Source: Escherichia coli
Lineage (GTDB): Bacteria > Pseudomonadota > Gammaproteobacteria > Enterobacterales > Enterobacteriaceae
DNA: 64,000 nt
NCBI RefSeq assembly: GCF_030013205.1
Contig: NZ_CP122648.1
Direction: 5' to 3' (one strand)
Position 1 is the stretch's first letter, and each line of letters begins with the position of its first letter. The position numbers and the translations under genes were made by a program. Positions 13,642 through 39,093 of this stretch are shown piece by piece. The notes under the pieces were generated by a model. The model saw nothing but the letters and a program-made list of their open reading frames with translations, was not told the DNA's origin and ran no database searches.

Positions 13642-13654
13642 TTCAATGCACGAT

Positions 13655-15700
<2,046 letters not shown>

Positions 15701-15827
15701 TTATGTGGTCGGATGAGTTCTAATTTAGCTGTCGCCGGGGAAAAGGGAAAAGGGGAGTGCGGGGTTTGTGATGGGATTCAAAAAGAATACGCCCATTGGA
15801 AATGCCAGATACGACGCTTGTCGCGTT

Positions 15828-15864
<37 letters not shown>

Positions 15865-15865
15865 G

Positions 15866-15965
<100 letters not shown>

Positions 15966-15977
15966 ACTTCGACCATT

Positions 15978-17547
<1,570 letters not shown>

Positions 17548-17573
17548 AGATAGTGCCGTGTTTGCTCACTGGC

Positions 17574-17650
<77 letters not shown>

Positions 17651-17651
17651 A

Positions 17652-27634
<9,983 letters not shown>

Positions 27635-27642
27635 TTATCGGA

Positions 27643-27702
<60 letters not shown>

Positions 27703-27704
27703 TG

Positions 27705-28134
<430 letters not shown>

Positions 28135-28175
28135 AAAGATCGGATGGCGACGTCGTATCGCCATCCGATTTGATA

Positions 28176-29690
<1,515 letters not shown>

Positions 29691-29896
29691 TTAACATTTG
29701 TTGTTATTTTGCACGGTTTTTGTCGGGTATGGATTTGGCGATTGCTTCACAAATGCACACTTTCAGGGCAACAACTGCCTGATTTTTGGGCAAGATAATT
29801 AACGTTTTCGTATAGTAACAGAGTGAAAGTATTTTAAATCAAGGGATTAGATTTATGCTTTAATCGCAAATTGCGATCTAAATCAAATTAATCAGT

Positions 29897-29925
29897 TAAA
29901 GATAACCGCAGCGGGGCCGACATAA
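29897..29925 (+). promoter_or_regulatory. Sigma-28 (FliA) type promoter upstream of aer
   Basis: TAAAGATA-N11-GCCGACATAA closely matches the class-3 flagellar promoter consensus TAAAGTTT-N11-GCCGATAA, ~50 bp upstream of aer ATG. Confidence 0.55.
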
Positions 29926-29972
29926 ACTCTGACAAGAAGTTAACAACCATATAACCTGCACAGGACGCGAAC

Positions 29973-31493
29973 ATGTCTTCTCATCCGTATGTCACCCAGC
30001 AAAATACCCCGCTGGCGGACGATACCACTCTGATGTCCACTACCGATCTGCAAAGCTATATCACTCATGCTAATGACACTTTTGTGCAGGTGAGCGGCTA
30101 TACCTTGCAAGAGTTACAAGGGCAGCCGCACAACATGGTGCGTCACCCGGATATGCCAAAAGCGGCATTTGCGGATATGTGGTTCACCCTGAAAAAAGGG
30201 GAGCCCTGGAGCGGTATCGTGAAAAATCGCCGCAAAAATGGCGACCATTATTGGGTGCGGGCCAATGCGGTACCGATGGTGCGCGAGGGAAAAATCAGTG
30301 GCTATATGTCGATTCGTACCCGGGCGACGGATGAAGAGATCGCGGCGGTGGAGCCGCTGTACAAAGCGTTGAACGCCGGACGTACCAGTAAGCGTATTCA
30401 TAAAGGCCTGGTGGTGCGTAAAGGCTGGCTGGGTAAACTGCCTTCATTACCGCTTCGCTGGCGGGCGCGTGGCGTGATGACCCTGATGTTTATCTTGCTG
30501 GCGGTCATGCTTTGGTTTGTTGCTGCCCCGGTGGTGACGTATATCCTCTGTGCGTTAGTGGTATTGTTGGCAAGCGCCTGTTTTGAATGGCAGATTGTCC
30601 GCCCGATAGAAAATGTCGCCCGTCAGGCACTGAAGGTGGCGACCGGAGAGCGTAATAGTGTTGAGCATCTGAATCGCAGCGATGAGCTGGGGCTGACATT
30701 ACGCGCGGTAGGGCAGCTTGGCCTGATGTGCCGTTGGCTAATTAACGATGTCTCAAGCCAGGTGTCCAGTGTCAGAAACGGCAGTGAGACGCTGGCGAAA
30801 GGCACCGATGAACTGAACGAACATACCCAGCAGACAGTTGATAACGTTCAGCAAACGGTGGCGACCATGAACCAAATGGCGGCGTCGGTGAAACAGAACT
30901 CTGCCACGGCGTCGGCTGCCGATAAACTTTCTATCACTGCCAGTAATGCGGCAGTGCAGGGCGGGGAGGCGATGACCACGGTGATCAAGACAATGGACGA
31001 TATCGCCGACAGTACCCAGCGCATTGGCACCATTACTTCGCTGATTAACGATATTGCGTTTCAGACCAATATTCTGGCCCTGAATGCGGCGGTGGAAGCG
31101 GCACGAGCCGGCGAACAAGGCAAAGGTTTTGCAGTGGTGGCAGGGGAAGTGCGTCATTTAGCCAGCCGCAGCGCCAATGCTGCCAACGATATTCGCAAGC
31201 TGATTGATGCCAGTGCTGATAAGGTGCAATCCGGTTCGCAGCAGGTACACGCAGCCGGACGGACGATGGAAGATATTGTGGCACAGGTGAAAAACGTCAC
31301 CCAGTTGATCGCCCAGATTAGCCATTCAACGCTGGAACAGGCAGATGGGCTTTCCAGCCTGACCCGTGCGGTGGATGAGCTTAACCTGATCACCCAGAAA
31401 AATGCCGAGCTGGTGGAAGAGAGTGCGCAGGTGTCGGCGATGGTGAAACACCGCGCCAGCCGACTGGAAGACGCGGTGACGGTGCTGCATTAA
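29973..31493 (+). CDS. aer: Aerotaxis receptor Aer (PAS-HAMP-MCP signalling domain)
   Basis: 506-aa [47 protein letters not shown]... with MCP signalling domain. Confidence 0.9.
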   Translation: MSSHPYVTQQNTPLADDTTLMSTTDLQSYITHANDTFVQVSGYTLQELQGQPHNMVRHPDMPKAAFADMWFTLKKGEPWSGIVKNRRKNGDHYWVRANAVPMVREGKISGYMSIRTRATDEEIAAVEPLYKALNAGRTSKRIHKGLVVRKGWLGKLPSLPLRWRARGVMTLMFILLAVMLWFVAAPVVTYILCALVVLLASACFEWQIVRPIENVARQALKVATGERNSVEHLNRSDELGLTLRAVGQLGLMCRWLINDVSSQVSSVRNGSETLAKGTDELNEHTQQTVDNVQQTVATMNQMAASVKQNSATASAADKLSITASNAAVQGGEAMTTVIKTMDDIADSTQRIGTITSLINDIAFQTNILALNAAVEAARAGEQGKGFAVVAGEVRHLASRSANAANDIRKLIDASADKVQSGSQQVHAAGRTMEDIVAQVKNVTQLIAQISHSTLEQADGLSSLTRAVDELNLITQKNAELVEESAQVSAMVKHRASRLEDAVTVLH

Positions 31494-31500
31494 TCGATAT

Positions 31501-31596
31501 GCCGGATCCGGTGTTTGATACACGATGCCTGATGCGATGCTGGCGCATCTTATCTGGCCTACGGGGGGTGTAGGGTACGCCGCATCCGGCAATCGG
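31501..31596. repeat. REP element cluster
   Basis: GATGCCTGATGCGATGCTGGCGCATCTTATCTGGCCTAC and GTACGCCGCATCCGGCAATCG, REP-like palindromes between aer and yqjI. Confidence 0.65.
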
Positions 31597-31599
31597 TGA

Positions 31600-32223
31600 T
31601 TAATCCAGTTGCGTAATATCAAAAGCGGCGCGGTCGATCACCGCAATGATCTTTTTTATTTGTGCATCAGTGATATCGCTCTGGTTGACGCGTAAATCCA
31701 GCACCGCTTTAAAATTATCCAGCGCCCGCTTCATTTGCGGGTTCTGGCGCAGCGCCGCGCCAACGCAACGCGCTTTGATGCGTTCTTCAATCATCTCCAC
31801 CTGTTCGCGGTTTTCTTCCAGCCACTGCGCGCCTTGTTCGGTCAGTGCAATCTGCTTCTTACCACCTTCCTCTTCGCGGATGGTAATCAGCGACTGCTCC
31901 TGCAGAAAATCCAGCGTTGGGTAGATGACGCCCGGGCTTGGGGTGTAATTCCCCTGGGTTAGATTCTCAATCGCTTTAATCAATTCGTAACCGTGGCTGT
32001 CATCGCGCGAGAGAATATCCAGAATCACCAGACGCAATTCACCGTGACCAAAGAAACGCTGCCGACGACCGCCGCCGCGACCGTGGCGACCACCGCAGCA
32101 TTGACCGTGTTCATGCTGGTGACCGTGTCCGCAGTGCTCATGTTCTGACTTCTCACCTTTGCAGCAGCCTTCATGGCGTGGCTGGCCTTCATGTTTACAA
32201 CACCCTTCGTGATGATGGCTCAT
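31600..32223 (-). CDS. yqjI: PadR-family metal-responsive regulator YqjI (NfeR)
   Basis: 207-aa ORF with His/Cys-rich N-terminus MSHHHEGCCKHEGQPRHEGCCKGEKSEHEHCGHGHQHEHGQCCGG. Confidence 0.85.
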   Translation of the reverse strand: MSHHHEGCCKHEGQPRHEGCCKGEKSEHEHCGHGHQHEHGQCCGGRHGRGGGRRQRFFGHGELRLVILDILSRDDSHGYELIKAIENLTQGNYTPSPGVIYPTLDFLQEQSLITIREEEGGKKQIALTEQGAQWLEENREQVEMIEERIKARCVGAALRQNPQMKRALDNFKAVLDLRVNQSDITDAQIKKIIAVIDRAAFDITQLD

Positions 32224-32499
32224 ATCAGCCTCCTTTTGCTTAATTAGATATATCTAATTTATATCTGATATGAGCGCTCTTGCAAGTATAAAAATGATTT
32301 TTAAACGTGAATACACCTCACATCCAGGCCGGATAATTCGTTCACGCCGCATCCAACAGCCTTGCTACGACGCTGAATGTCTTCTCATACTTCAGATATA
32401 TCAGTTCTACAAATCGCTTGCATTTATCATGATTAACAATCATTATCATTTGCGAAATTTATTTAGATATATCTGATTGCTATCACGAAGGCGATAACA

Positions 32500-33264
32500 A
32501 TGAATAACTCTCCCCGCTACCCGCAGCGCGTTCGCAATGATCTGCGCTTCCGTGAACTGACTGTGCTACGCGTTGAGCGTATTAGCGCCGGTTTTCGGCG
32601 CATTGTCCTTGGCGGCGAGGCGCTGGACGGTTTTACATCGCGCGGCTTTGACGATCACAGCAAACTCTTCTTTCCTCAATCTGATGCTCACTTTGTGCCG
32701 CCAACAGTAACGGAAGAGGGCATCGTCTGGCCGGAAGGACCACGCCCACCGTCGCGTGACTATACACCGCTGTATGACGAACTACGCCATGAACTGGCGA
32801 TTGATTTCTTTATTCACGAAGGTGGCGTCGCCAGCGGCTGGGCGATGCAGGCGCAACCGGGCGATAAACTCACGGTGGCAGGTCCGCGCGGTTCGCTGGT
32901 GGTGCCAGAGGATTACGCGTATCAGCTGTATGTCTGCGATGAATCCGGAATGCCCGCACTGCGCCGCCGCCTGGAAACGTTGAGCAAACTTGCCGTTAAA
33001 CCGCAAGTTAGCGCGCTGGTTAGCGTGCGGGATAACGCCTGTCAGGATTATCTCGCGCACCTTGATGGTTTTAATATCGAATGGCTGGCACATGATGAGC
33101 AGGCAGTAGATGCGCGTCTGGCGCAGATGCAAATCCCTGCCGATGATTACTTCATCTGGATAACCGGCGAAGGCAAAGTCGTTAAGAATTTAAGCCGCCG
33201 CTTTGAAGCGGAACAGTATGATCCACAGCGGGTACGTGCAGCGGCTTACTGGCACGCAAAGTAA
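32500..33264 (+). CDS. yqjH: NADPH-dependent ferric-chelate (siderophore) reductase YqjH
   Basis: 254-aa ORF MNNSPRYPQRVRNDLRFRELTVLRVERISAGFRRIVLGGEALDGF... Confidence 0.85.
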   Translation: MNNSPRYPQRVRNDLRFRELTVLRVERISAGFRRIVLGGEALDGFTSRGFDDHSKLFFPQSDAHFVPPTVTEEGIVWPEGPRPPSRDYTPLYDELRHELAIDFFIHEGGVASGWAMQAQPGDKLTVAGPRGSLVVPEDYAYQLYVCDESGMPALRRRLETLSKLAVKPQVSALVSVRDNACQDYLAHLDGFNIEWLAHDEQAVDARLAQMQIPADDYFIWITGEGKVVKNLSRRFEAEQYDPQRVRAAAYWHAK

Positions 33265-33317
33265 CTGATATATAAAAAGAAAAAGGCTGACGATTTCTCG
33301 TCAGCCTTTGCTATGTC

Positions 33318-33362
33318 TGGTGGCCCCTGCTGGACTTGAACCAGCGACCAAGCGATTATGAG
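33318..33362 (-). repeat. 45-bp direct repeat of the tRNA ileX 3' end (island att core, yqjH-proximal side)
   Basis: TGGTGGCCCCTGCTGGACTTGAACCAGCGACCAAGCGATTATGAG is identical to 44410..44454 (3' part of ileX); diverges from the tRNA thereafter. Confidence 0.85.
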
Positions 33363-33471
33363 TTGGTTGATAACCCTTTACTTACAGATAATTAGCGATA
33401 CTTTTCAATACCTTAGTATTTTTTAAAACTACTGTATAAATACCTGTATATACCCCAAAATACTTCTTTAC

Positions 33472-33520
33472 GGTATCCTATAGGTATCCTGGAGCAGAAC
33501 AAGCGATTTTCCAGGATACC
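33472..33520. promoter_or_regulatory. Putative integrase arm-type binding sites (GGTATCC repeats)
   Basis: GGTATCCTATAGGTATCCTGG plus inverted CCAGGATACC just upstream of int; near-identical GGTATCCTATAAGTATCCTGG recurs at 44347..44367 at the other island end. Confidence 0.5.
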
Positions 33521-33543
33521 AGATCGCTTGGTGGGGTGTATGA

Positions 33544-34971
33544 GTGAAATTATTCAGATTCTCTAAAGTAAAAATTGCAGAACTGCCAACGCCGGAACAT
33601 GGACAGGTCGAATATGGTGATACGGAGGTTAACGGGCTGCGTGTCCGTGTAGGTTCGTCTGGTGTGAAAAGTTTCTGCATTTCCCGTAAGCGTAACGGAA
33701 AATTTATTCGTGCAACGCTGGGGCGTTTTCCTGATCTGAGCGTGGATAATGCCAGGGCTAAAGCTATGGAACTCCTTGGCGAAGTCGCCACAACGGGGAT
33801 AAATCCGAACATAGCAAAGCGCACTAACAACAAGGCCATGATAACGCTGAGTAAGGCGATTGACGCCTACGTAAAAAATCGTGGCCACCGCCTGAAACCC
33901 GCCACAGAAAAACAGTACCGCAGCATATTACAGAATTATTCCGGTGACTGGATGGCCCATACCCTCGCCAGTATTTCCCGCGAACGGGTGGAACAACGGC
34001 ATAAGGCCATCACTGATGGGGCTGTATGGTTCGGTGCTGATAAAACCACGTTACGGGCTGGGGTTGGTACAGGAAGCAAGGCACAGGCCGATTTATGGGC
34101 GCGTGCGCTACGTGCTGTGTGTCGGTTTGCGCATGATCATTACCGTGATGATGCGGGTAATACTCTTTTACCGGATCCGCCGACTCTGGTACTGAGCACC
34201 AAGCGCCAGTGGCACGGAACGGTAAGAAAAACGGAACGTATCCGCCTGCATGATTTTCCCCGCTGGTTTGCTGCTGTAGCTGCTGTGCGCGACCAGGGCG
34301 AACAGGAAAGGGATGATATAGCGGTGACGGTATGCGATGCCGTGGAAATGGCGCTTTTTACCGGACTGAGGAAATCAGAAATTTTTGGCCTTACGTGGGA
34401 TCGCGTGAATATGGGCGGTCGTTTTTTCTGGATAGACACCACGAAAAACGGGGATCCGCTCGAATTACCGATTACTGATACGTTGCGGGAAATGTTCCAC
34501 CGCCGACTGAAAATAAAAAACGCTGATGATGTTCTGGTGTTTCCTGGTGTGAAGGGAGTGATTCAGGAAACACGGCACATCATAGACCGGATAAGCGCGG
34601 CTACTGTTCCAGAGTCGAACGATGAAATGCTCTCCCCTGTACCATTCAAATGGCACGATGCACGCCGGACGTTCGGAACGGTTGCCGAACTGGTGGGCGT
34701 GGGCAATTACATCCTCAAGCGCCTGATGAATCACCGTACTATGCGAAGTGCTGACGTAACGCAGGGGTATTTACATTTTGGTGCTGATGAACTGCTGGAG
34801 CCAGCGTCACGGATAGAACGGGCAATTCTGGAACATGCCGGGCTGGTGGAGAGTAAAAAATCTATCGATGCGCAATTGCTTTCCGCACTGGAGAGTATGA
34901 GTGACAGTGAGAAACGCGCATTACTATTTAGTATCGTTAATTCAAATGGTGGTTTGAATGTCAGAAAATAA
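33544..34971 (+). CDS. Tyrosine recombinase / P4-type integrase
   Basis: 475-aa ORF (GTG start at 33544); N-terminal arm-binding-like segment (GLRVRVGSSGVKSFCISRKRNGKFIRATLGRFPDLSVDNARAKAMELL) and C-terminal catalytic region with H-x-x-R and Tyr (WHDARRTFGT...TQGYLHF). Confidence 0.85.
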   Translation: MKLFRFSKVKIAELPTPEHGQVEYGDTEVNGLRVRVGSSGVKSFCISRKRNGKFIRATLGRFPDLSVDNARAKAMELLGEVATTGINPNIAKRTNNKAMITLSKAIDAYVKNRGHRLKPATEKQYRSILQNYSGDWMAHTLASISRERVEQRHKAITDGAVWFGADKTTLRAGVGTGSKAQADLWARALRAVCRFAHDHYRDDAGNTLLPDPPTLVLSTKRQWHGTVRKTERIRLHDFPRWFAAVAAVRDQGEQERDDIAVTVCDAVEMALFTGLRKSEIFGLTWDRVNMGGRFFWIDTTKNGDPLELPITDTLREMFHRRLKIKNADDVLVFPGVKGVIQETRHIIDRISAATVPESNDEMLSPVPFKWHDARRTFGTVAELVGVGNYILKRLMNHRTMRSADVTQGYLHFGADELLEPASRIERAILEHAGLVESKKSIDAQLLSALESMSDSEKRALLFSIVNSNGGLNVRK

Positions 34972-35644
34972 AATCATTGCTGCAATAGAATTTGACCATA
35001 ATGATGCGAAGGATATGAATACTATTGCAGATTATATTAGAGATGAACTGGCGTCTTCTTTTGTAAAAAAAACGATATGCGATATGGCAAATATCACACC
35101 ATCTAAAATGTCTCTGGAGGAGAGATTATCATTATCGTCAGAGATAGAAAATAAGGATTTAAAGGTTAATATTTCTGTATGTGCCGGATATGGAGATGAT
35201 TTTGATAAAAAATTTAATAGTGCATATTCAGAATTCAATGATATTTTGAAAGCTGCCATTATATTTGAAGTTCTTGGTTTCAACAGACTTGCAGATCAGT
35301 TACGTGAAAGATATGCGATTTTAGTGTCGGAGAATTTATTAAAATCAGTACGTGATATAGCTAATGTAAAGAAAATTATCAGTAAAGACCGTAGTAAAGC
35401 AAAGAAAGGAAAAACAAACAGGCATAAATCAACAGCGTTATCTATAGCTTGTAACACTTGGAAAAAATACCCTAATGCCAGTTTACCCGGGCTATCCGCA
35501 GAGATATACGCGCACTTACGCAATAAATGGAATGATGTCCCTGTAGTTGGGACTATAGAGAGATGGCTTAAGGAGTCGGGGATGAATCCAAAATCCCCGC
35601 AAAAAAACAGGGATTTTAAGTTAGTTATTGGAGACAAAGAATAA
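34958..35644 (+). CDS. Hypothetical protein, AT-rich cargo gene (no family recognised)
   Basis: 228-aa ORF MSENKIIAAIEFDHNDAKDMNTIADYIRDE...; start overlaps int stop; markedly AT-rich by eye compared with the rest of the island; Lys-rich central segment. Confidence 0.55.
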   Translation: MSENKIIAAIEFDHNDAKDMNTIADYIRDELASSFVKKTICDMANITPSKMSLEERLSLSSEIENKDLKVNISVCAGYGDDFDKKFNSAYSEFNDILKAAIIFEVLGFNRLADQLRERYAILVSENLLKSVRDIANVKKIISKDRSKAKKGKTNRHKSTALSIACNTWKKYPNASLPGLSAEIYAHLRNKWNDVPVVGTIERWLKESGMNPKSPQKNRDFKLVIGDKE

Positions 35645-35776
35645 ATCCAGTTTTATCCTCTGTAATCCAGATTTCAGCCATGTAAACCAGATATGCGATT
35701 TTGTATCTGGTTTTCCTGTCTTCAAGACTTCCCCATCGCTAAATAACGTATACCTGTTCTTAATCAGAAGTATACG

Positions 35777-35974
35777 GTGATACTCATGCATTTAGAAAAG
35801 ATGACCCGCAAAGAAGCTGCCGAGCATTTGGGGGTAAGTGTCCAGACTCTTGCTAACTGGGCGTGTACTGGCAAGGTAAAAATCCCTTTTCATAAGCTGG
35901 GGCGCAAAGTGCTGTATATGCGCACTGATCTCGATGCTTATCTTGCATCCACTCGCAGAACGCAGACGGTGTAA
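35777..35974 (+). CDS. Excisionase/AlpA-type helix-turn-helix DNA-binding protein
   Basis: MTRKEAAEHLGVSVQTLANWACTGKVKIPFHKLGRKVLYMRTDLDAYLAS fits the excisionase-family HTH pattern; three candidate starts (GTG 35777, ATG 35786, ATG 35801). Confidence 0.7.
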   Translation: MILMHLEKMTRKEAAEHLGVSVQTLANWACTGKVKIPFHKLGRKVLYMRTDLDAYLASTRRTQTV

Positions 35975-36115
35975 GGGGGGAGTGATGGCACATAAAACAA
36001 AGGCGACCGCAAAAGGGTCGCCAGTGGGAACAAGGGAAAACAAAAGCATCACCAACAATGCCACATTTGCGGCTGGTGGGCAATGTGATCAGTGTGCTGG
36101 CTTGCTGGTTAGCTG

Positions 36116-36298
36116 TCAGCCTTTGGGTTCTATGCCTTCTTTGCGTAGCTTATCACGACAAGCATTTTTTACCCATGAGCTGAAATTACCAGGCCCTGCA
36201 ACTTCGTTAATTTGTTGCAACAATGTGTCTTCGAAGCGGATGTTTTTCTTTGTGCTGCCGGAGCGATCAAATTTTGGTTTCACATTTTCTTCTTGCAT
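36116..36298 (-). CDS. Putative ribbon-helix-helix (Arc/CopG-like) small regulator
   Basis: 60-aa ORF; segment KKNIRFEDTLLQQINEVAGPGNFSSWVKNACRDKLRKE fits a beta-strand/helix/Gly-turn/helix RHH pattern; start abuts palindrome TGGTACGTACCA; weak RBS. Confidence 0.4.
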   Translation of the reverse strand: MQEENVKPKFDRSGSTKKNIRFEDTLLQQINEVAGPGNFSSWVKNACRDKLRKEGIEPKG

Positions 36299-36343
36299 TG
36301 GTACGTACCATCGTTATAAACTGAAATCAAATGGTACGTACCA
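36299..36343. promoter_or_regulatory. Pair of identical 12-bp perfect palindromes TGGTACGTACCA (candidate operators)
   Basis: Copies at 36299..36310 and 36332..36343, 33 bp centre-to-centre, in the spacer between divergent small genes. Confidence 0.5.
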
Positions 36344-36443
36344 CATTAAAAATACGCAACCATTAAATACAGCGAAGCCCGGCAGTGCGGGAACACTAAC
36401 CGGGCTTCTAACCACCAACGATAGAAAGCGTATCGAGGTAGCT

Positions 36444-36647
36444 ATGAGAAATCATACCACACACCCGCAAGGGCGGGACTCGCACGACCTGAATAAATAC
36501 ATCTGGCGTTTTATCGCCCTGAGCACCGCACAACCGCGCGTGATTCACATCGTGGCCACCAGCGAACAGGAAGCACGCCAGCAATCCCCGGCTGGCTGCG
36601 TGATGGTATTCGCCGCCCGTATTCGTCAGGGGGTGTGCCATGCCTGA
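36444..36647 (+). CDS. Hypothetical small protein (68 aa)
   Basis: ATG at 36444 preceded by GAGGT RBS; MRNHTTHPQGRDSHDLNKYIWRFIALSTAQPRVIHIVATSEQEARQQSPAGCVMVFAARIRQGVCHA; stop overlaps next start. Confidence 0.5.
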   Translation: MRNHTTHPQGRDSHDLNKYIWRFIALSTAQPRVIHIVATSEQEARQQSPAGCVMVFAARIRQGVCHA

Positions 36648-36960
36648 TATGTCAAATTACCAGTACCTGATTAATCCGCATTTTAACTGTGAGCATGATA
36701 TTGCTAAAAAGGTTTATTCCGCTGCGGATGGGGCTACTGACAATATATCAATGGGTATTGCGTCAATTGGTAGCCTGATGTGGCATGCGTCAGAAAATGA
36801 GGACTATGACGAAAAGGCTATGCGCATTGATATGGGTAATATCGGTTTGTTACTGGCAATGCTTGGGCAGTTTGATATTTCGTTACGGTGCACCATTGAA
36901 AATGCCACAGATGCATTAAATGCCATAAAGAAAGCGAATACTGATTCAAATCGGGGATAA
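36640..36960 (+). CDS. Hypothetical protein (106 aa)
   Basis: ORF with start overlapping upstream stop (translational coupling), part of a same-strand chain leading to the primase gene. Confidence 0.5.
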   Translation: MPDMSNYQYLINPHFNCEHDIAKKVYSAADGATDNISMGIASIGSLMWHASENEDYDEKAMRIDMGNIGLLLAMLGQFDISLRCTIENATDALNAIKKANTDSNRG

Positions 36961-36966
36961 ATAATC

Positions 36967-37266
36967 ATGAGAACATATTTATCTGGCTTGACTGCCAGCG
37001 GTTATGCACACCCCAAAATTATCCCCGGCGCTATTTATCTGGATAAGAACGGTAACAGAGTAACGGTAAAAGAACTGATGTTTGACCGTGTGTATTTTAT
37101 TCGTGATGGCTATTCATTTCATAGTTCGCTGAACGTGGAGATCTTTATTAGCAGATTCAGGCGGGAAATCCCGCTTTCCAGAAATAACCATGTGTCATGT
37201 ATGGATGTTGATAAAAAACTACAGGAACTGAAAAACATGATTGCCGCGTGGAGAGAGCAGAAATGA
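36967..37266 (+). CDS. Hypothetical protein (99 aa)
   Basis: ORF immediately after previous gene; stop overlaps primase start. Confidence 0.5.
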   Translation: MRTYLSGLTASGYAHPKIIPGAIYLDKNGNRVTVKELMFDRVYFIRDGYSFHSSLNVEIFISRFRREIPLSRNNHVSCMDVDKKLQELKNMIAAWREQK

Positions 37267-39080
37267 AAAAAGCGCCAAATTTAAAACACCAGCCGCGTGA
37301 CAAAATGACGGAAGTCATCATTTTTGCGGGTAGTGATGCGTGGGCACATGCGAAACAGTGGCAGGAACAGGACGGGCGACTGGCTGGCGATAACGTGCCA
37401 CCTGTCTGGCTTGGAGAGCAACAACTTGCCGAACTGGACAACCTGCAAATCGTACCGGACGGACGCTATCGCGTGCGTCTCTATCAGGCGGGGTTATTGC
37501 GTCCGGGGCTTGTTAATACCATCGGGCAGAAACTGGCAGTGGCAGGTGTCAGGGATGCTGATTATTACCCTGAAGGAATGCACAGCCAGAAACGGGAGAA
37601 CTGGCGCGAATATCTGGAACGTGAACGGGCAGAGCAGGCGGAAAAGAAAAAGGTAGTTGAACTGCCTGTAAAGAAAAAAGAGCGGGTAAAAGACGATAAC
37701 GCTTCATCACTGGCGCTTAACCAGATGGGAGCAAGTCAACGCGGCGAAGTTCTCCTGGCACATTATGGCGGTGAACTGGCGATTCATGCTGACTCTGACA
37801 CTGTTCACCATTACAACGGCGTTGTATGGGAGCCAGTACAGGATAAAGAATTACAGCGAGCTATGGCACAGATTTTCATTGATGCGGAGATCAGCTATTC
37901 GCAGAACGCCATTAAATCGGCGGTCGATACCATGAAGTTAAGTTTGCCTGTAATGGGGAATACAGCCCGTAACCTGATTGGATTCAGTAACGGGGTATTT
38001 GATACCAGAACAGGTAATTTTCGGGAGCATAACAAAAACGACTGGTTGTTAATTGCCAGTGAATTACCTTTCAGCCCACCAGCAGAGGGGGAAACGCTGG
38101 CAACACATGCGCCGAATTTCTGGAAGTGGTTACGCCGTTCGGTGGCTGAGAATGACCGCAAGGCGGATCGCGTACTGGCTGCATTATTCATGGTGCTGGC
38201 GAACCGGTACGACTGGCAGTTATTCATTGAGGTAACAGGTCCAGGGGGAAGTGGTAAAAGCGTGATGGCGGAGATTTGCACCATGCTGGCGGGTAAGGCC
38301 AACACAGTATCGGCAAGCATGAAGGCGCTGGAAGATGCAAGGGAACGCGCGTTAGTGGTTGGCTTTTCGCTGATTATCATGCCGGATATGACCCGCTACG
38401 CTGGTGATGGGGCAGGAATTAAGGCCATTACAGGCGGTGACAAGGTGGCAATTGACCCGAAACACAAAGCCCCCTACTCAACGCGTATTCCGGCAGTAGT
38501 GCTGGCGGTTAACAATAACGCCATGTCATTCAGTGACCGCAGCGGGGGGATCTCACGTCGTCGGGTGATATTCAATTTTTCGGAAGTTGTACCGGAGAAC
38601 GAACGCGATCCAATGCTGGCGGAAAAAATAGAAGGTGAGCTGGCGGTAGTGATTCGCCATCTGCTTACACGGTTTGCTGACCAGGACGAAGCCAGACGCC
38701 TGTTATATGAGCAGCAGAAATCTGAAGAAGCACTGGCGATAAAGCGAGAGGGGGATTCGCTGGTGGACTTCTGCGGCTATCTCATGGCGTCGGTAATGTG
38801 TGATGGCCTGTTAGTGGGTAATGCTGAAATTGTGCCATTCAGCCCACGCAGGTATCTCTATCATGCCTATCTGGCTTATATGAGGGCACATGGGTTTGGT
38901 AAACCTGTAACACTGACGCGCTTCGGTAAAGATATGCCGGGGGCAATGGCGGAATATGGCAGGGAGTATATGAAACGGAAAACGAAGCACGGTTTGCGTT
39001 CAAACGTGACACTGACGGAGGAATCAGAAGACTGGATGCCATCATGTGTATCGGTCACTAATGACGATAGCAAAAATTAA
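37263..39080 (+). CDS. Primase/helicase-type replication protein (P4 alpha-like; D5-type NTPase)
   Basis: ORF 37248..39080; likely ATG at 37263 (MKKAPNLKHQ...); Walker A GPGGSGKS with downstream hydrophobic-D Walker B-like LIIMPD; immediately followed by TGTTCACC iteron array. Confidence 0.8.
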   Translation: MKKAPNLKHQPRDKMTEVIIFAGSDAWAHAKQWQEQDGRLAGDNVPPVWLGEQQLAELDNLQIVPDGRYRVRLYQAGLLRPGLVNTIGQKLAVAGVRDADYYPEGMHSQKRENWREYLERERAEQAEKKKVVELPVKKKERVKDDNASSLALNQMGASQRGEVLLAHYGGELAIHADSDTVHHYNGVVWEPVQDKELQRAMAQIFIDAEISYSQNAIKSAVDTMKLSLPVMGNTARNLIGFSNGVFDTRTGNFREHNKNDWLLIASELPFSPPAEGETLATHAPNFWKWLRRSVAENDRKADRVLAALFMVLANRYDWQLFIEVTGPGGSGKSVMAEICTMLAGKANTVSASMKALEDARERALVVGFSLIIMPDMTRYAGDGAGIKAITGGDKVAIDPKHKAPYSTRIPAVVLAVNNNAMSFSDRSGGISRRRVIFNFSEVVPENERDPMLAEKIEGELAVVIRHLLTRFADQDEARRLLYEQQKSEEALAIKREGDSLVDFCGYLMASVMCDGLLVGNAEIVPFSPRRYLYHAYLAYMRAHGFGKPVTLTRFGKDMPGAMAEYGREYMKRKTKHGLRSNVTLTEESEDWMPSCVSVTNDDSKN

Positions 39081-39093
39081 ACTTATGGAATAA

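Noticed and set aside
35934-36647. 237-aa plus-strand ORF spanning the HTH gene 3' end to the primase upstream region
   Set aside because: It runs through the twin operator palindromes and antisense to the RHH-like ORF; only its last 68 codons (36444..36647) have an RBS and are retained as a gene.
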